Shown: piece by piece, positions 28,296 through 38,636 of the stretch
How positions within the stretch are numbered: position 1 is the stretch's first letter
Layout: each line of letters begins with the position of its first letter
Origin: Desulfatiglandales bacterium
GTDB taxonomy: Bacteria > Desulfobacterota > DSM-4660 > Desulfatiglandales > HGW-15
Reading direction: 5' to 3'
DNA length: 64,000 nt
NCBI GenBank assembly: GCA_963667015.2
Contig: CAXXJJ010000001.1
Coordinates: forward strand, 640,001-704,000
The notes under the pieces: generated by a model
Told to the model about the DNA's origin: nothing
Databases searched by the model: none
The model's input: only the letters and a program-made list of their open reading frames with translations
Made by a program: the position numbers and the translations under genes

Positions 28296-29258
28296 ATGCA
28301 CAAGTCCAGTTTTGATAAATTTGCAGTAAGGACACCGGGAAGAGAGGCCTTTCCCGGAGTAAAGGGCCGCCAGTCGCCAACCATGACATTGATGAGCAGT
28401 GAAATTGTACCTGAGTGCCCGTATTATATTGAGGTTGGGTGGATCACTGATGTGCCTGAACCTCACATATTTGAGCACAGAATCGATTATGACAGGATAA
28501 TACTGCTCTGGAGCGGGGACTATAAAAAGCCTCAGGACCTTGGCGGCACGGTAGAACTTTATATAGGCGGCCAGAAGATTATTCCGCTCACTACAACAAC
28601 AGGTATGTATATTCCCAAGGGGACATCCATCGGCCCCATAACATGGAAGGAGTTCAGACACCCCCATGTAATGATGAATTTTATCCTGGGTTCAGGTGAT
28701 CCCAATGTCTGGGCAAAAAACAGTGATGTAACTTCGCCTAAGGATAGTCTTCCGGTCAAAAAAGAAGGTGATAATTTTGATTATGAGCAGTATGTAATAA
28801 GGAGTCCCATGAGACAGGCCGGTATGCCGGCCCACGCGCCGCACCGCCAGCAGCCAACAATGACATATATGAGCAGGGACCAAATCACCATTGCAAATAC
28901 ATATATTGAGTTTGGGTGGTGCTGGGATATTGTTAAACCTGACCTTCCGAGGATGGTTCATAATAATTTTGATGAGATAGTCCTTCATGTGGGATGTGAC
29001 CCTGATAACCCCGAAGATCTGGGTGCAACAATAGATTTTGGTATGGGAGATGAATATGTCAGGTCAAGCAGCACCTTTGGAGTGTGGGTGCCAAAGGAAC
29101 TGAAACACGGCCCCCTGGTATGGAGAGAATACAGGAAGCCCCATATTGAAATGGCAATAATGCTCGGTGCAGGAACCGTAAAGGAAGGGTGGGCGGACAG
29201 CTTTTTCAGTAAAGATGCGGCGGATAATCCCCCATTGCCGGTCTTTCCTGAAGAGTAA
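28296..29258 (+). CDS. Hypothetical protein with two tandem cupin-like domains
   Basis: Internal duplication (RQSPTMTLMS/RQQPTMTYMS, PQDLGG/PEDLGA, WKEFRHPH/WREYRKPH). Similar to the 10.9-12 kb pair. Confidence 0.7.
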   Translation: MHKSSFDKFAVRTPGREAFPGVKGRQSPTMTLMSSEIVPECPYYIEVGWITDVPEPHIFEHRIDYDRIILLWSGDYKKPQDLGGTVELYIGGQKIIPLTTTTGMYIPKGTSIGPITWKEFRHPHVMMNFILGSGDPNVWAKNSDVTSPKDSLPVKKEGDNFDYEQYVIRSPMRQAGMPAHAPHRQQPTMTYMSRDQITIANTYIEFGWCWDIVKPDLPRMVHNNFDEIVLHVGCDPDNPEDLGATIDFGMGDEYVRSSSTFGVWVPKELKHGPLVWREYRKPHIEMAIMLGAGTVKEGWADSFFSKDAADNPPLPVFPEE

Positions 29259-29380
29259 AAAAATAATAGAGAAAACAGGAAAGAGTATATAGGAAAAATA
29301 GAGATGACAGACGCCGGAGATTATGTCTGATACCTCCTTCTATTTCCTCTTTACTAATTCCTGTTTTCTGACCTCAATCC

Positions 29381-30775
29381 CTAAAAGGCGGCAATTAACT
29401 GCCATCTTATAAAATATGTGAGATCCCTTGAATTCCTTCCATAGTAATTCCCAGGATTGAACAGCTCCGTGAGAAAATCTGTCGAGATATTTTTACTGAA
29501 ATTGTATTTTATACAGTTTGTCAGTAAATGCCCCCTTACCTTTCCTGTCTCAGAAAATTCAAGGCCATCAGAAGGCCCTGTGGCAACCGGCATATTATTC
29601 TCATCTGCAAGCAGGAAGTGATAATCAGTATCAATTTGCCATTTTTTAGCAGGCCTGAAGGAGTGCCCTATATTGAATCTGCTGAAGTTTGTTATGTCCC
29701 CAAGCGATGTCTCGGAGGTATACACATAAAGATTCAGGGTCGACCATCGGGCCCATTTTCCCCAGAGCGGATCGAACTGTTCATTGTCTGCAGTATCGGG
29801 ATCATCCCCTGACAAATGCTCAAATAAAAAATGTATTTTATTGGAATAGCTGTCATTGAAGGATCTGCAGATACGCGAGATAATGCCCCATGCCTTCAGG
29901 TTATCCATTTGACCGGTTTCCTTGTTTTCCTTATCGCCGGTCTGCAAAGCTCCTTCGACACGAAAGTCCCATCTGTCATTAATTCTTTCCTCAACCACCC
30001 CTCCAATAGTGAATATCCCGGCCTTTTTACTTGCAGCGGGGATTATTTCCCTGTCAACAGGGTTGTCGTTTTTATATATTGTATAGGCCTCCAGGCTGCT
30101 TTTATCATCAGGTCTGTTAGTCAGGTAGAAAATAAATCCGCGTTCTTCTGCAGGCATCAGGTCCCTGTGTTCATCTTTAATCGGATTGATCCAGCGGTCG
30201 GCTTCCGGTTTCTGATCTATATATATTAAGTCAAGAGTGGTCCTGCCTGCCTGAAGGCTGAAGGTAAATCTTGCCGCATCAAAAAACAGGGTCCTTGAGG
30301 CGTCGTAGGGGGTGCCTTCAAATATCAGCCATCCTTTACTGATGGTAATATCCTGTCTTCCTATTGTTGCCTTTAGCGGTAAATCAAAGGGATTCATAAA
30401 AGTAAAACTGAACTTATCAAACAGTATTTCATTTTTATCTGCATAATTGCCGGGTTTTTGCCAGTCAAACAGCTCCCAGACCAGTCTTGCGTCAAAATCA
30501 ATATCATGCCGAAGATTAAGGCCGGTCCATATCCTGGCCCTGTAACGGTTATATTGCCAGTTATTGTTTAATTTATTATTGCTAAGGGCCGGTAAATTTT
30601 CGGCTGAAGCGACTCTAAGCCTGAGATCCGCCCCGTTATGCATCCATGAAAAAGGGGTATGTAAGTAATCAGATAATGTTTTTTCGTTGCTTGACTGATT
30701 TTCTTCGGATAGCGCTGTTAGGGGAGAACAAATGAGAAATATAAATACAGTAAATAAAATAAAACACTTTTTCAT
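29381..30775 (-). CDS. Alginate-export-family outer membrane beta-barrel
   Basis: Signal peptide, ADLRLR, IGRQDI, FDAAR, LSGDD, terminal Phe. Confidence 0.75.
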   Translation of the reverse strand: MKKCFILFTVFIFLICSPLTALSEENQSSNEKTLSDYLHTPFSWMHNGADLRLRVASAENLPALSNNKLNNNWQYNRYRARIWTGLNLRHDIDFDARLVWELFDWQKPGNYADKNEILFDKFSFTFMNPFDLPLKATIGRQDITISKGWLIFEGTPYDASRTLFFDAARFTFSLQAGRTTLDLIYIDQKPEADRWINPIKDEHRDLMPAEERGFIFYLTNRPDDKSSLEAYTIYKNDNPVDREIIPAASKKAGIFTIGGVVEERINDRWDFRVEGALQTGDKENKETGQMDNLKAWGIISRICRSFNDSYSNKIHFLFEHLSGDDPDTADNEQFDPLWGKWARWSTLNLYVYTSETSLGDITNFSRFNIGHSFRPAKKWQIDTDYHFLLADENNMPVATGPSDGLEFSETGKVRGHLLTNCIKYNFSKNISTDFLTELFNPGNYYGRNSRDLTYFIRWQLIAAF

Positions 30776-31006
30776 AAAAAATCCTTTTGAGGCCGCAGTA
30801 ATAGGGCCTCTTGAATAATAAGAGTAAAAATAATACGGGATAAGATTAAAAGAAATTTTATGGAGTAAAGCCGGTTAGAGTTTCATGGGTTTTATTGCCA
30901 GTGAAACTGAGGAGGTATTTACTTTAGATAATGCCCCTGTATGCAAACAATGATGCGAGTAACCTGTAATCCAAACACAAATATTCTTCCCGTTAAATCT
31001 GTAAAA

Positions 31007-31051
31007 AAACTTAACACTCTATTCAAAATAATTGAATAGAGTGTTAAGTTT
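31007..31051 (-). terminator. Terminator of the rhodanese gene (perfect 20-bp stem)
   Basis: AAACTTAACACTCTATTCAA-AATAA-TTGAATAGAGTGTTAAGTTT, with a T-run on the minus strand. Confidence 0.7.
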
Positions 31052-31099
31052 GGTGATTAATACTATAATCCGGCAGGCATGTCTATTCGATTTTAATCG

Positions 31100-31471
31100 C
31101 TATCTGCCTGTATTTGATGGGTTTAGTTTTTCCTGTGCTGCCTTGAGTTCATTGAATTTCCCGGCATTGATTACATTTGAATAGCCCATTTCTTTTAGTT
31201 TTCTTTCGGCTGCGCCCGCCCTCTTTCCGCTGTGGCAATAAAGAACAATAGTCTGTTCCTTGTCAGGGACCAGTTTTTCTATTTCTGCTTTGACCCGTTC
31301 ATATGGGATATTAACCGCATTTTTCAGATGCCCTGCCTTATATTCTGAAGGTGTTCTTACATCAATCAGGACATTTTCCCTGGAAAATATTTTTTCGTAA
31401 TCATTTGCATTGACCTGTCCGCAGACAGTGACAAAAAAAGATAACAGCAGCAGTGTAATCAGTTTTTTCAT
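31100..31471 (-). CDS. Exported rhodanese-like protein (PspE-like)
   Basis: Signal peptide, IDVRTPSEY..GHLKNAVNIP, YCHSGKRA. Confidence 0.88.
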   Translation of the reverse strand: MKKLITLLLLSFFVTVCGQVNANDYEKIFSRENVLIDVRTPSEYKAGHLKNAVNIPYERVKAEIEKLVPDKEQTIVLYCHSGKRAGAAERKLKEMGYSNVINAGKFNELKAAQEKLNPSNTGR

Positions 31472-31673
31472 AGAGGACCTCTTTCATGATTTATTTATTG
31501 ATTGTCAGCTTAGAATTTTGCATTGGCGTTGTAAAACGCTACTATAAATTTATGACTAAAATTAATAGTATTCCAATATTTTTGTGTCCAATAAAATTGT
31601 TCTTTTTTGACTGAAAAGTCAAATAATCTATCTCTTTTTAGGGAAGAAAATTTCTATAACGGGAAAAATTAAG

Positions 31674-31723
31674 TTGACATATGGAATATTTTAAATAGGA
31701 TAAATAACATCCTATTTATCCTA
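31674..31723 (+). promoter_or_regulatory. Promoter with overlapping palindromic operator (probable Rrf2 site)
   Basis: TTGACA-16-TAGGAT. AAATAGGAT-N7-ATCCTATTT (31693-31717) and TAGGATAAATA-N6-TATTTATCCTA (31696-31723). Confidence 0.65.
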
Positions 31724-31735
31724 AAAGGTTGGTCG

Positions 31736-32167
31736 ATGAGAATAACAAGAGCTGGAGAATATGCTGTAAGGTGTGTCCTGTACATGGCAGGAAGAGAAAA
31801 AAATCAGGTAGTAAGCCGAAAAGATGTTTCCAGGGAGATGGATATACCGGATCAGTTTCTTGGCAAAATAGCCCAGCAGCTTGCCCGGTCGGGTTTTATG
31901 GAAATTATCCAGGGGGCAAAAGGCGGATACCGTCTGCTTCTGAATCCCGAAAAAATAACACTCCTGGATGTGGTTGAGGCTGTTTCAGGTGAAATTTTTT
32001 TAAATGACTGCATTATGAATCCTGAATCCTGCACAAGAAGCAGTTTCTGTGCGGTTAATGAGGTATGGGAAAAGGCGAGGGAGCAATTAAGGACTACCCT
32101 CAGGGAAGCAACATTTGATAAACTGTTAAAGGAAGATTTATGCATCAGCAGGTCAATTGGTGGGTGA
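31736..32167 (+). CDS. Rrf2-family Fe-S transcriptional regulator
   Basis: EYAVR, GAKGGYRL, three Cys in CIMNPESCTRSSFC. Confidence 0.92.
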   Translation: MRITRAGEYAVRCVLYMAGREKNQVVSRKDVSREMDIPDQFLGKIAQQLARSGFMEIIQGAKGGYRLLLNPEKITLLDVVEAVSGEIFLNDCIMNPESCTRSSFCAVNEVWEKAREQLRTTLREATFDKLLKEDLCISRSIGG

Positions 32168-32199
32168 TGTTTAAAATATTAAAATAAAGGAGGAATGCC

Positions 32200-33510
32200 A
32201 TGGATGTCCTGTTTTTATCAAGGCTTCAGTTTGCGGCAGCCACAATGTTCCATTTTTTGTTTGTCCCTCTTACATTGGGACTTACGATCATGGTGGCAGT
32301 CATGGAAACGAAGTATGTCAGCACAGGTGATGAAACATATCTGAAAATGACCAGATTCTGGGGGAAGTTATTTTTAATTAATTTTGCCCTGGGCATAGTT
32401 ACAGGTATCACTCTGGAGTTCCAGTTCGGTACCAACTGGTCAAGGTATTCCGAGTTTGTGGGTGATGTTTTTGGTTCGCTCCTGGCCATTGAGGCAACAG
32501 CCGCATTTTTCCTGGAATCCACCCTTATCGGTGTATGGATCTTTGGATGGAAAAAGCTTTCTGCAAAGGCCCATGCAGTTGTCATGTGGCTGATTGCCGG
32601 GGCATCAACGCTTTCAGCCGTATGGATACTGATTGCCAACTCATGGATGCAGCATCCTGTAGGATATGTAATCAGGAATGGCAGGGCAGAACTGGATAAC
32701 TTTATGGAAGTTGTAACCCAGCCCTGGGCAATCCTTGAATTTATACACACGGTAAGCGGTGCCTATATATTGAGCGCATTTTTTGTCATGGGAATAAGCG
32801 CATACCACCTGCTTAAAAAACAGCATTTAGAGTTTTTTACTCGATCATTTCGCATTGCCCTGGCATTTGGCCTGATTTTTTCGATCATTGAAGTAGCAGA
32901 AGGGCATATGCACGGGGCGGATCTTGCAGAAAAACAGCCGACCAAACTTGCTGCAATGGAGTCACACTGGGAAACTCAGAAAAGTGCCCCCATATATATG
33001 TTTGTTATTCCCGATGAAAAAAATGAAAAAAACATGGTTGAAATACTTCCAATCCCGGGTATGCTGAGCCTGCTGGCCAAACATAATCCGGGTGCAGAGG
33101 TGAAAGGGCTTAAGGATTTTCCAGCCGATGAAAGACCCCCGGTACTTATCAACTTTATTTCATTCAGGCTTATGGTCGGACTTGGAGTATTTTTCGTTCT
33201 GGTAACATTTATCGGATTTTTGATCAGAAAACGACTTATGGATTTTCCCCTGTATTTGAAGGTCATGCTCTTTTCCATACCTTTGCCCTATATAGCCATA
33301 CAGGCAGGATGGGTTTTAGCAGAGGTGGGCCGACAGCCATGGATAGTATACGGTCTCATGAAAACATCTGATGCGGTATCTCCGATAGATACATCTCAGG
33401 TCTTTATATCCTTCCTGGCCTTTTTAATCGTTTACGGTCTTCTGGGGATTATGGGATTTTATCTGATTGTAAAGAACACCAAAAAAGGTCCGGAAGCGAT
33501 TATTGAATAA
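32200..33510 (+). CDS. cydA: Cytochrome bd oxidase subunit I
   Basis: SRLQFA..FHFLF, EFQFGTNW, QPTKLAAME, EVGRQPW. Confidence 0.96.
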   Translation: MDVLFLSRLQFAAATMFHFLFVPLTLGLTIMVAVMETKYVSTGDETYLKMTRFWGKLFLINFALGIVTGITLEFQFGTNWSRYSEFVGDVFGSLLAIEATAAFFLESTLIGVWIFGWKKLSAKAHAVVMWLIAGASTLSAVWILIANSWMQHPVGYVIRNGRAELDNFMEVVTQPWAILEFIHTVSGAYILSAFFVMGISAYHLLKKQHLEFFTRSFRIALAFGLIFSIIEVAEGHMHGADLAEKQPTKLAAMESHWETQKSAPIYMFVIPDEKNEKNMVEILPIPGMLSLLAKHNPGAEVKGLKDFPADERPPVLINFISFRLMVGLGVFFVLVTFIGFLIRKRLMDFPLYLKVMLFSIPLPYIAIQAGWVLAEVGRQPWIVYGLMKTSDAVSPIDTSQVFISFLAFLIVYGLLGIMGFYLIVKNTKKGPEAIIE

Positions 33511-33550
33511 CAGCAAACAGTAAACCTTCATTTAAGGGGGGTATATAAAA

Positions 33551-34573
33551 ATGGAATTACAAAATATCTGGTTTTTTCTCTGGGGCCTGCTCTGGGCCGT
33601 ATATTTTATATCGGATGGCTTTGACCTAGGTGTTGGTATACTTCTTCCATTTATTGCAAAAACCGATGATGAAAAGCGCGTTATCTATAACTCCATGGGG
33701 CCCCTGTGGGATGGTAATGAGGTGTGGCTCCTTACCGCAGGCGGTGTAACATTTGCCGCCTTCCCAAGGGTATATGCGGTTATGTTCAGCTCTCTCTATT
33801 CCGCACTTATGCTTATTCTGTTTGCCCTGATTATAAGGGGAGTTTCATTTGAGTTCCGGCACCAGATCGAATGCTCCGGATGGAAAAAGATATGGGATTT
33901 ATGCATGTTTGTGGGCAGTCTTTTGCCTGCTATTCTTTTCGGGGCTGCATTTGCAAATATCTTCAGGGGTATCCCGATAGATCAGGAGGGGGTGTATCAC
34001 GGAACACTGCTTACACTTCTTAATCCCTATGGACTTTTAGGCGGGGTTCTATTTTTACTTTTATTCCTTGTTCATGGAGCAATATGGCTGGCAATAAAGA
34101 GTGAAGGAGATCTTCACAAAAGGGCAAAGGCAGTTGCATCCAGGCTCTGGATTGTTCTGCTGGCAGCTGCGGTAGGATTTCTGATCGCGTCATATTCTGC
34201 CACGAACCTTTATGATAACTATCTAAAAAGCCCTGCACTTTTCATTGTAATTATTATAACCGTGTTTGCTCTTTTAGGGATTAAATTATTCCTGGCAAAA
34301 GAGGCTTTGTGGAAGGCATGGTTTTCATCCGCGGTTACAATTATCGGTGCGACCTTTTATGGTGTTATAGGCCTGTTCCCCAATATGTTTCCTTCAAGCA
34401 TGGATCCTCAGTTCAGCCTGACCGCTCACAATGCATCGTCAAGCCCCATGACATTAAAGATAATGCTGGTTGTGGCCCTTATATTTGTTCCTATTGTTCT
34501 TATTTACCAGGTATGGGCATATAATATGTTTAAGGGAAAGGTTGGAGCAGGGGATTACGAAAAGGTTTATTGA
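33551..34573 (+). CDS. cydB: Cytochrome bd oxidase subunit II
   Basis: DGFDLGVG, GPLWDGNEVW, FAAFP, RGVSFEFR. Confidence 0.96.
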   Translation: MELQNIWFFLWGLLWAVYFISDGFDLGVGILLPFIAKTDDEKRVIYNSMGPLWDGNEVWLLTAGGVTFAAFPRVYAVMFSSLYSALMLILFALIIRGVSFEFRHQIECSGWKKIWDLCMFVGSLLPAILFGAAFANIFRGIPIDQEGVYHGTLLTLLNPYGLLGGVLFLLLFLVHGAIWLAIKSEGDLHKRAKAVASRLWIVLLAAAVGFLIASYSATNLYDNYLKSPALFIVIIITVFALLGIKLFLAKEALWKAWFSSAVTIIGATFYGVIGLFPNMFPSSMDPQFSLTAHNASSSPMTLKIMLVVALIFVPIVLIYQVWAYNMFKGKVGAGDYEKVY

Positions 34574-34610
34574 GCTTGAAAGCTCTCAGCTATCGGCTTT
34601 CAGCAAAAAA

Positions 34611-34671
34611 GTAGAGACAGGTTCCTATCGCGCAATAGCAAAAAACGCCGGCGGATTAAACCTGTCTCTAC
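34611..34671. repeat. GTAG-type REP-like element
   Basis: GTAGAGACAGGT...ACCTGTCTCTAC terminal inverted repeats. A second copy lies at 43264-43324. Confidence 0.7.
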
Positions 34672-34710
34672 GGGGCGTCCTTTCTCTACGGCAGGTCGCG
34701 AGTTGCAGGT

Positions 34711-35322
34711 TTATTTTTTTAATTGACGGGTTACTTTTATCAAACGGTCAATTGTCCTGTGGATCGTCTTTATACCTTCATCATCCGCTTCCACCCCTTC
34801 AGCCTTTTTATCCTTTGACCAGAAGGTCATACCCAGATTAGCGCCAAAGGAACTTCCGCCTACGGGTATCATTTCGTTAATTATAAAAAAATCAATCATG
34901 GTCCTTATGACAGGCTCCTGTCCGCCTACCCTGTCGCCTCCCACTGCAAGGCCTGCTCCGACCTTGCCTGCAAAAATGCTCTTCTTTCGTGCAACAGATG
35001 CCCTTAACCGGTCCAGAACTGTTTTAAGCTGTCCACTGACAGCACCATGGTAGACAGGGCTCCCTAGAATCCAGGCATCGGCCCATTCAAGTTTGGGATA
35101 CAGTTCAGCCAAATCATCCTCGTGGATACATCCCTGTTTCTTCCTGACACAGTAATCACAGTGAATGCAGAAGCTGATCTGCTTTTTGTGTACTGAAAAA
35201 AAATCTGTCTCAGCTCCATGTTTTTCTTCAGCATAGCTTAATGCCTTTTTAACCGCGTAATCTGTGGAAGCGATGCGTGGACTTCCTGAAATACCAATGA
35301 GTTTTAGTTTTTTTTCAGTCAT
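34711..35322 (-). CDS. Iron-sulfur flavoprotein (Isf / FMN reductase family)
   Basis: GISGSPR, CIHCDYCVRKKQGC, GSPVY, DRVGGQE. Confidence 0.88.
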   Translation of the reverse strand: MTEKKLKLIGISGSPRIASTDYAVKKALSYAEEKHGAETDFFSVHKKQISFCIHCDYCVRKKQGCIHEDDLAELYPKLEWADAWILGSPVYHGAVSGQLKTVLDRLRASVARKKSIFAGKVGAGLAVGGDRVGGQEPVIRTMIDFFIINEMIPVGGSSFGANLGMTFWSKDKKAEGVEADDEGIKTIHRTIDRLIKVTRQLKK

Positions 35323-35324
35323 GT

Positions 35325-35894
35325 TTACTCCTGATTGTTTTTGTCTGCAAGCAATTCATCAAGATCTATACCGCACATCTTGGAAAGTTCCCGGTGTAAC
35401 GCAACACACCTTTTTGCCCCTTCAATAACTCCCTGGCGCAGCATGTTCTGCTCGTGCTGCCTGATTGTCTGAAGGCGGTCACCAAAGGCAAGATTATCGG
35501 CTGCCGCAACGATTTTATCTTCCATTGAAAGAGGAATATAGTCCCGGGCCGGTAAACCTATCTCTTGGGCCTCTTCCCTTGTGATGCCGGCTCCTATATG
35601 GTTTTGTATTATAGAAATAATATCACTGGAAAGGCCAAGTCTCCGGGTAATTTTACACCCTTCAACAGCATGAAAGAGATCATGTCTCTTTGATCTTCCT
35701 ATGTCATGAAGAAGCGCCCCGGCCTCAAGCAGGGCCATATTTATTTTGTACCCTTTTTTACAGAGACACCTTCCAATAATAACAGAAAACCGGTGTACTG
35801 CTTTCACATGTTTAATGACGCCGTCACTGACTCCTTCATTTTTTAGTAGTGAAAGAGAGGTATTGTAATCAGGATAATATATAATGTTATTCAT
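35325..35894 (-). CDS. HD-domain (HDIG) metal-dependent phosphohydrolase
   Basis: KHVKAV, LLHDIGRS, HAVEG, HIGAGI, IVAAADNL. Confidence 0.88.
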   Translation of the reverse strand: MNNIIYYPDYNTSLSLLKNEGVSDGVIKHVKAVHRFSVIIGRCLCKKGYKINMALLEAGALLHDIGRSKRHDLFHAVEGCKITRRLGLSSDIISIIQNHIGAGITREEAQEIGLPARDYIPLSMEDKIVAAADNLAFGDRLQTIRQHEQNMLRQGVIEGAKRCVALHRELSKMCGIDLDELLADKNNQE

Positions 35895-35919
35895 ATAAGG
35901 CTAAGCTGTTAAACCGGCT

Positions 35920-36777
35920 TCAATTCAATCTGCTTGCAACATTGTAGATCCCCTCTGCATCGAGGATCGTGTCATTCTGTTCAAAGAGAATGGAGATGCA
36001 TTCCCTGTGGACCTTCATTTTTAAACCGCCTATTCCCAAAGCCCCGAAGACAAGTTTTCCATCTTTTTCCTTTGCTGACCAGTGCGATTTAATCCCTTCA
36101 ATGCCAAGAGGAGGTATTGCATTTACATCAGCCATGACCTTAATGGAAGAGTTTTGCTTCCAGCCTGATTCAGAAAGCATGGTGACTCCATAGGCACCTG
36201 CAGAAAGGACAGCATAGCTGTCATTTATGATTTCATCTGTTTCATAGATTTCATTCACGCAGGCATATGAAACGTCAGCACCAAAACGTTTTGCTATCAG
36301 CTCGCATGCATCATTTGCCTTTTCCGGATTTCGGGATGTGATGGTAACAATGGCCCCTTCCTTTGCAAGAAGACCCGCAGCCCTTATTCCCACCGGTCCT
36401 GTCCCGCCAAGAACCGTTGCATTTTTCCCTCTGATATTTCCGCATGAAATGATTTTTCTGACAGCCGCAGCAGCAGTTGTATTGCACCCGTTGGCATCCA
36501 TCATTACAGAGATTCTTGTGTTTTCAAAAAAACATTCCATCGCCTCTTTTAACATTATTTCACCGACAGGTACATTCGATCCGCCTATAAAGACAGCACT
36601 GTTTTTAAGATCATTCTCCCCCCTTGTAAACATTGCGCCATATACTATATCACTAACTTCTCCGGGCAGGACCCCTCCATAGTGTAAAATATGATCAACC
36701 CCGGCATCAAGGGCGGTAATGCTGTCAACGGAGCTGGGGATTTTATCGCTGTCAATCTGGATTAAAATCTTTTTCAT
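35920..36777 (-). CDS. mtdA: NAD(P)-dependent methylene-H4MPT/H4F dehydrogenase (MtdA/MtdC-like)
   Basis: DAGVD, GAMFTRG..DLKNSAVFIGG, DANGCNTTAAAAV, GGTGPVG, DVNAIPPLGIEG, GALGIGGLKMKVH. Confidence 0.85.
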   Translation of the reverse strand: MKKILIQIDSDKIPSSVDSITALDAGVDHILHYGGVLPGEVSDIVYGAMFTRGENDLKNSAVFIGGSNVPVGEIMLKEAMECFFENTRISVMMDANGCNTTAAAAVRKIISCGNIRGKNATVLGGTGPVGIRAAGLLAKEGAIVTITSRNPEKANDACELIAKRFGADVSYACVNEIYETDEIINDSYAVLSAGAYGVTMLSESGWKQNSSIKVMADVNAIPPLGIEGIKSHWSAKEKDGKLVFGALGIGGLKMKVHRECISILFEQNDTILDAEGIYNVASRLN

Positions 36778-36933
36778 GTTATTCCTCCTTAATTTGCCAT
36801 ATTATATCACAGGATAATTTTTCAGGATAGCTGACTCCTCGAAAAGCTAATAATACGAATCGGCTTTTTTACGTTTTTGTTATTGTATTTCTTTAATGGC
36901 GCTGCTGAGAGTACTGTACTGACCGGGGCATGA

Positions 36934-38328
36934 TCAGGTCAGCAGTTCTATAATTCCTGTAATATCTTCAAGTTCTTCAAGTTTATCAAGCATTGAATAG
37001 AGCTTTTCACCTTTAGAGCGGTCTATCTTTTTTGAGTATTCCAGATTTGAGAAAAATTTGTCAACAATCTCACCCCTTGACAGTGGATTTCCCACGGGTT
37101 CTCCCTTTGGGGATTCTATAAGTTTTTCATAGGAGTCTCCGTTTTTCATGGTGACCTTGAGCCTTGCGCATAAAAGTTCCCTTTCTACACCCGGAAGCTG
37201 TTCAAGTTTAATCCTGTTTATTAAATTATGAATTTCTGGATCTTTCAGATTATCTTCTGAAAAATGTTCGGGTTTAACGGATTTTTTTATCAATGCAGCA
37301 GCCACGGGATATCGGTAATTGAAAGCCGCTTTTATATGAGTAAAATCTTCAGTTTCGATTGGCTGTGCAAGAAAACTGTTCAAGCCGGATGTGGAAACAT
37401 AGAGGACAATTTGATCTATGTCACTGCAGTTAAAATCATAATTATTGGCTATAAATACTGCGCAGTCAACTGCTGCATGGCTTACTGCGCAGCATGGGTG
37501 AATCTTGAAGTGTGCATCGCTGTAATATTTTTTGCCAAGGTTTCTGGTCAGTATATCAGGGTTTCCGCATCCACCGCTAAAGAGATTAAAATAGCCCTGC
37601 CTGCCAAATAGCGGATCATCCGGGCCTGCCCACCCGGCCCTTGCGAGCTGGGCGGATATAATGCCATTCCGAGCTGACAGCCCCTGCAGAAGTTTAAAGG
37701 CAGGAACTCCATCCATTATATTCTGCATTGATCCCGACATTTGGTTAAATACGAGACCAAGGGCATTTTTAATCTGTTCTTTGTTAAGTCCCATTATTTT
37801 TGAAGCTATTGCAGCAGATCCAAAACTGTTTGTCGTGCCAACGCTGTCCCAGCCCGGAGGAAGTCCTCCGGTGCTTTCAGACGCCACAATCCTGGCTGTA
37901 AGGTTGTCACCGGAAAGAAGGACCGTAATCAGTTCTTTCCCTGATATCCCATATGCCTCTGCCATGGTGACTGCAGTTATTACAGTTGTTCCGCTTATAT
38001 GTGCGGGCATGCACTTATCTTCAACAAGCGGGCCGAGGGATTCAAAGTCAAAGGATCGGGCCATAACACTGTTTGCAAGGGCGGCGTTATGAGCGACGGT
38101 TTTGCCGCCATGTATTAAAATGCTGGACTTGGCCTTGCCTCCCCAGTCCTTTATCAATTGAATCAATTCAGGATTGCTCTCCGCATTTGCGCCTGCTGCA
38201 ACACACCCGAGGACATCGATAATCCTGTTCTTTGCATTTATAACATTTGACTCATCAAGGTCTTCAAACCTTGTGTCAGCGATATTTTGACAGAGGGCAT
38301 CAGTGATATCAATATTTTGAACTGGCAT
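36934..38328 (-). CDS. MmgE/PrpD-family protein
   Basis: DVLGCVAAG, AALANS..DFE, GLSARNG, KIHPCC..HAAVD, PKGEP. AGGAG RBS supports ATG at 38328. Confidence 0.88.
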   Translation of the reverse strand: MPVQNIDITDALCQNIADTRFEDLDESNVINAKNRIIDVLGCVAAGANAESNPELIQLIKDWGGKAKSSILIHGGKTVAHNAALANSVMARSFDFESLGPLVEDKCMPAHISGTTVITAVTMAEAYGISGKELITVLLSGDNLTARIVASESTGGLPPGWDSVGTTNSFGSAAIASKIMGLNKEQIKNALGLVFNQMSGSMQNIMDGVPAFKLLQGLSARNGIISAQLARAGWAGPDDPLFGRQGYFNLFSGGCGNPDILTRNLGKKYYSDAHFKIHPCCAVSHAAVDCAVFIANNYDFNCSDIDQIVLYVSTSGLNSFLAQPIETEDFTHIKAAFNYRYPVAAALIKKSVKPEHFSEDNLKDPEIHNLINRIKLEQLPGVERELLCARLKVTMKNGDSYEKLIESPKGEPVGNPLSRGEIVDKFFSNLEYSKKIDRSKGEKLYSMLDKLEELEDITGIIELLT

Positions 38329-38455
38329 TAAATTTCTCCTGTAGGTAAGATCGAGTAGATTTTTATTTAACATGGTTATTGTGTCAAGCTGTAAATAAAA
38401 AATACCCCTTTAAATATTGAAGTATGTGTATACCAAGGCTGCACCCCTAAAGTTC

Positions 38456-38502
38456 TTGACAAGAAAGCAAAATAACCATAAGTTGTAAACCGAACGTTCG
38501 GT
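38456..38502 (+). promoter_or_regulatory. Sigma-70 promoter with TetR-type operator
   Basis: TTGACA-17-TAAGTT, then the perfect palindrome ACCGAACGTTCGGT (38489-38502) over the expected +1. Confidence 0.75.
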
Positions 38503-38636
38503 AAAGTTTATTTCTGAAGCAAATCCTGCCTGTTTTAAGGCAGAAAATGTGATTTTCTTATGTCTTGTCTACTGATTATTTGCAGTAGTGATTAGCCCGG
38601 ACAATTACACTGAGTGTCCATTTTTGAGCATGGAAA

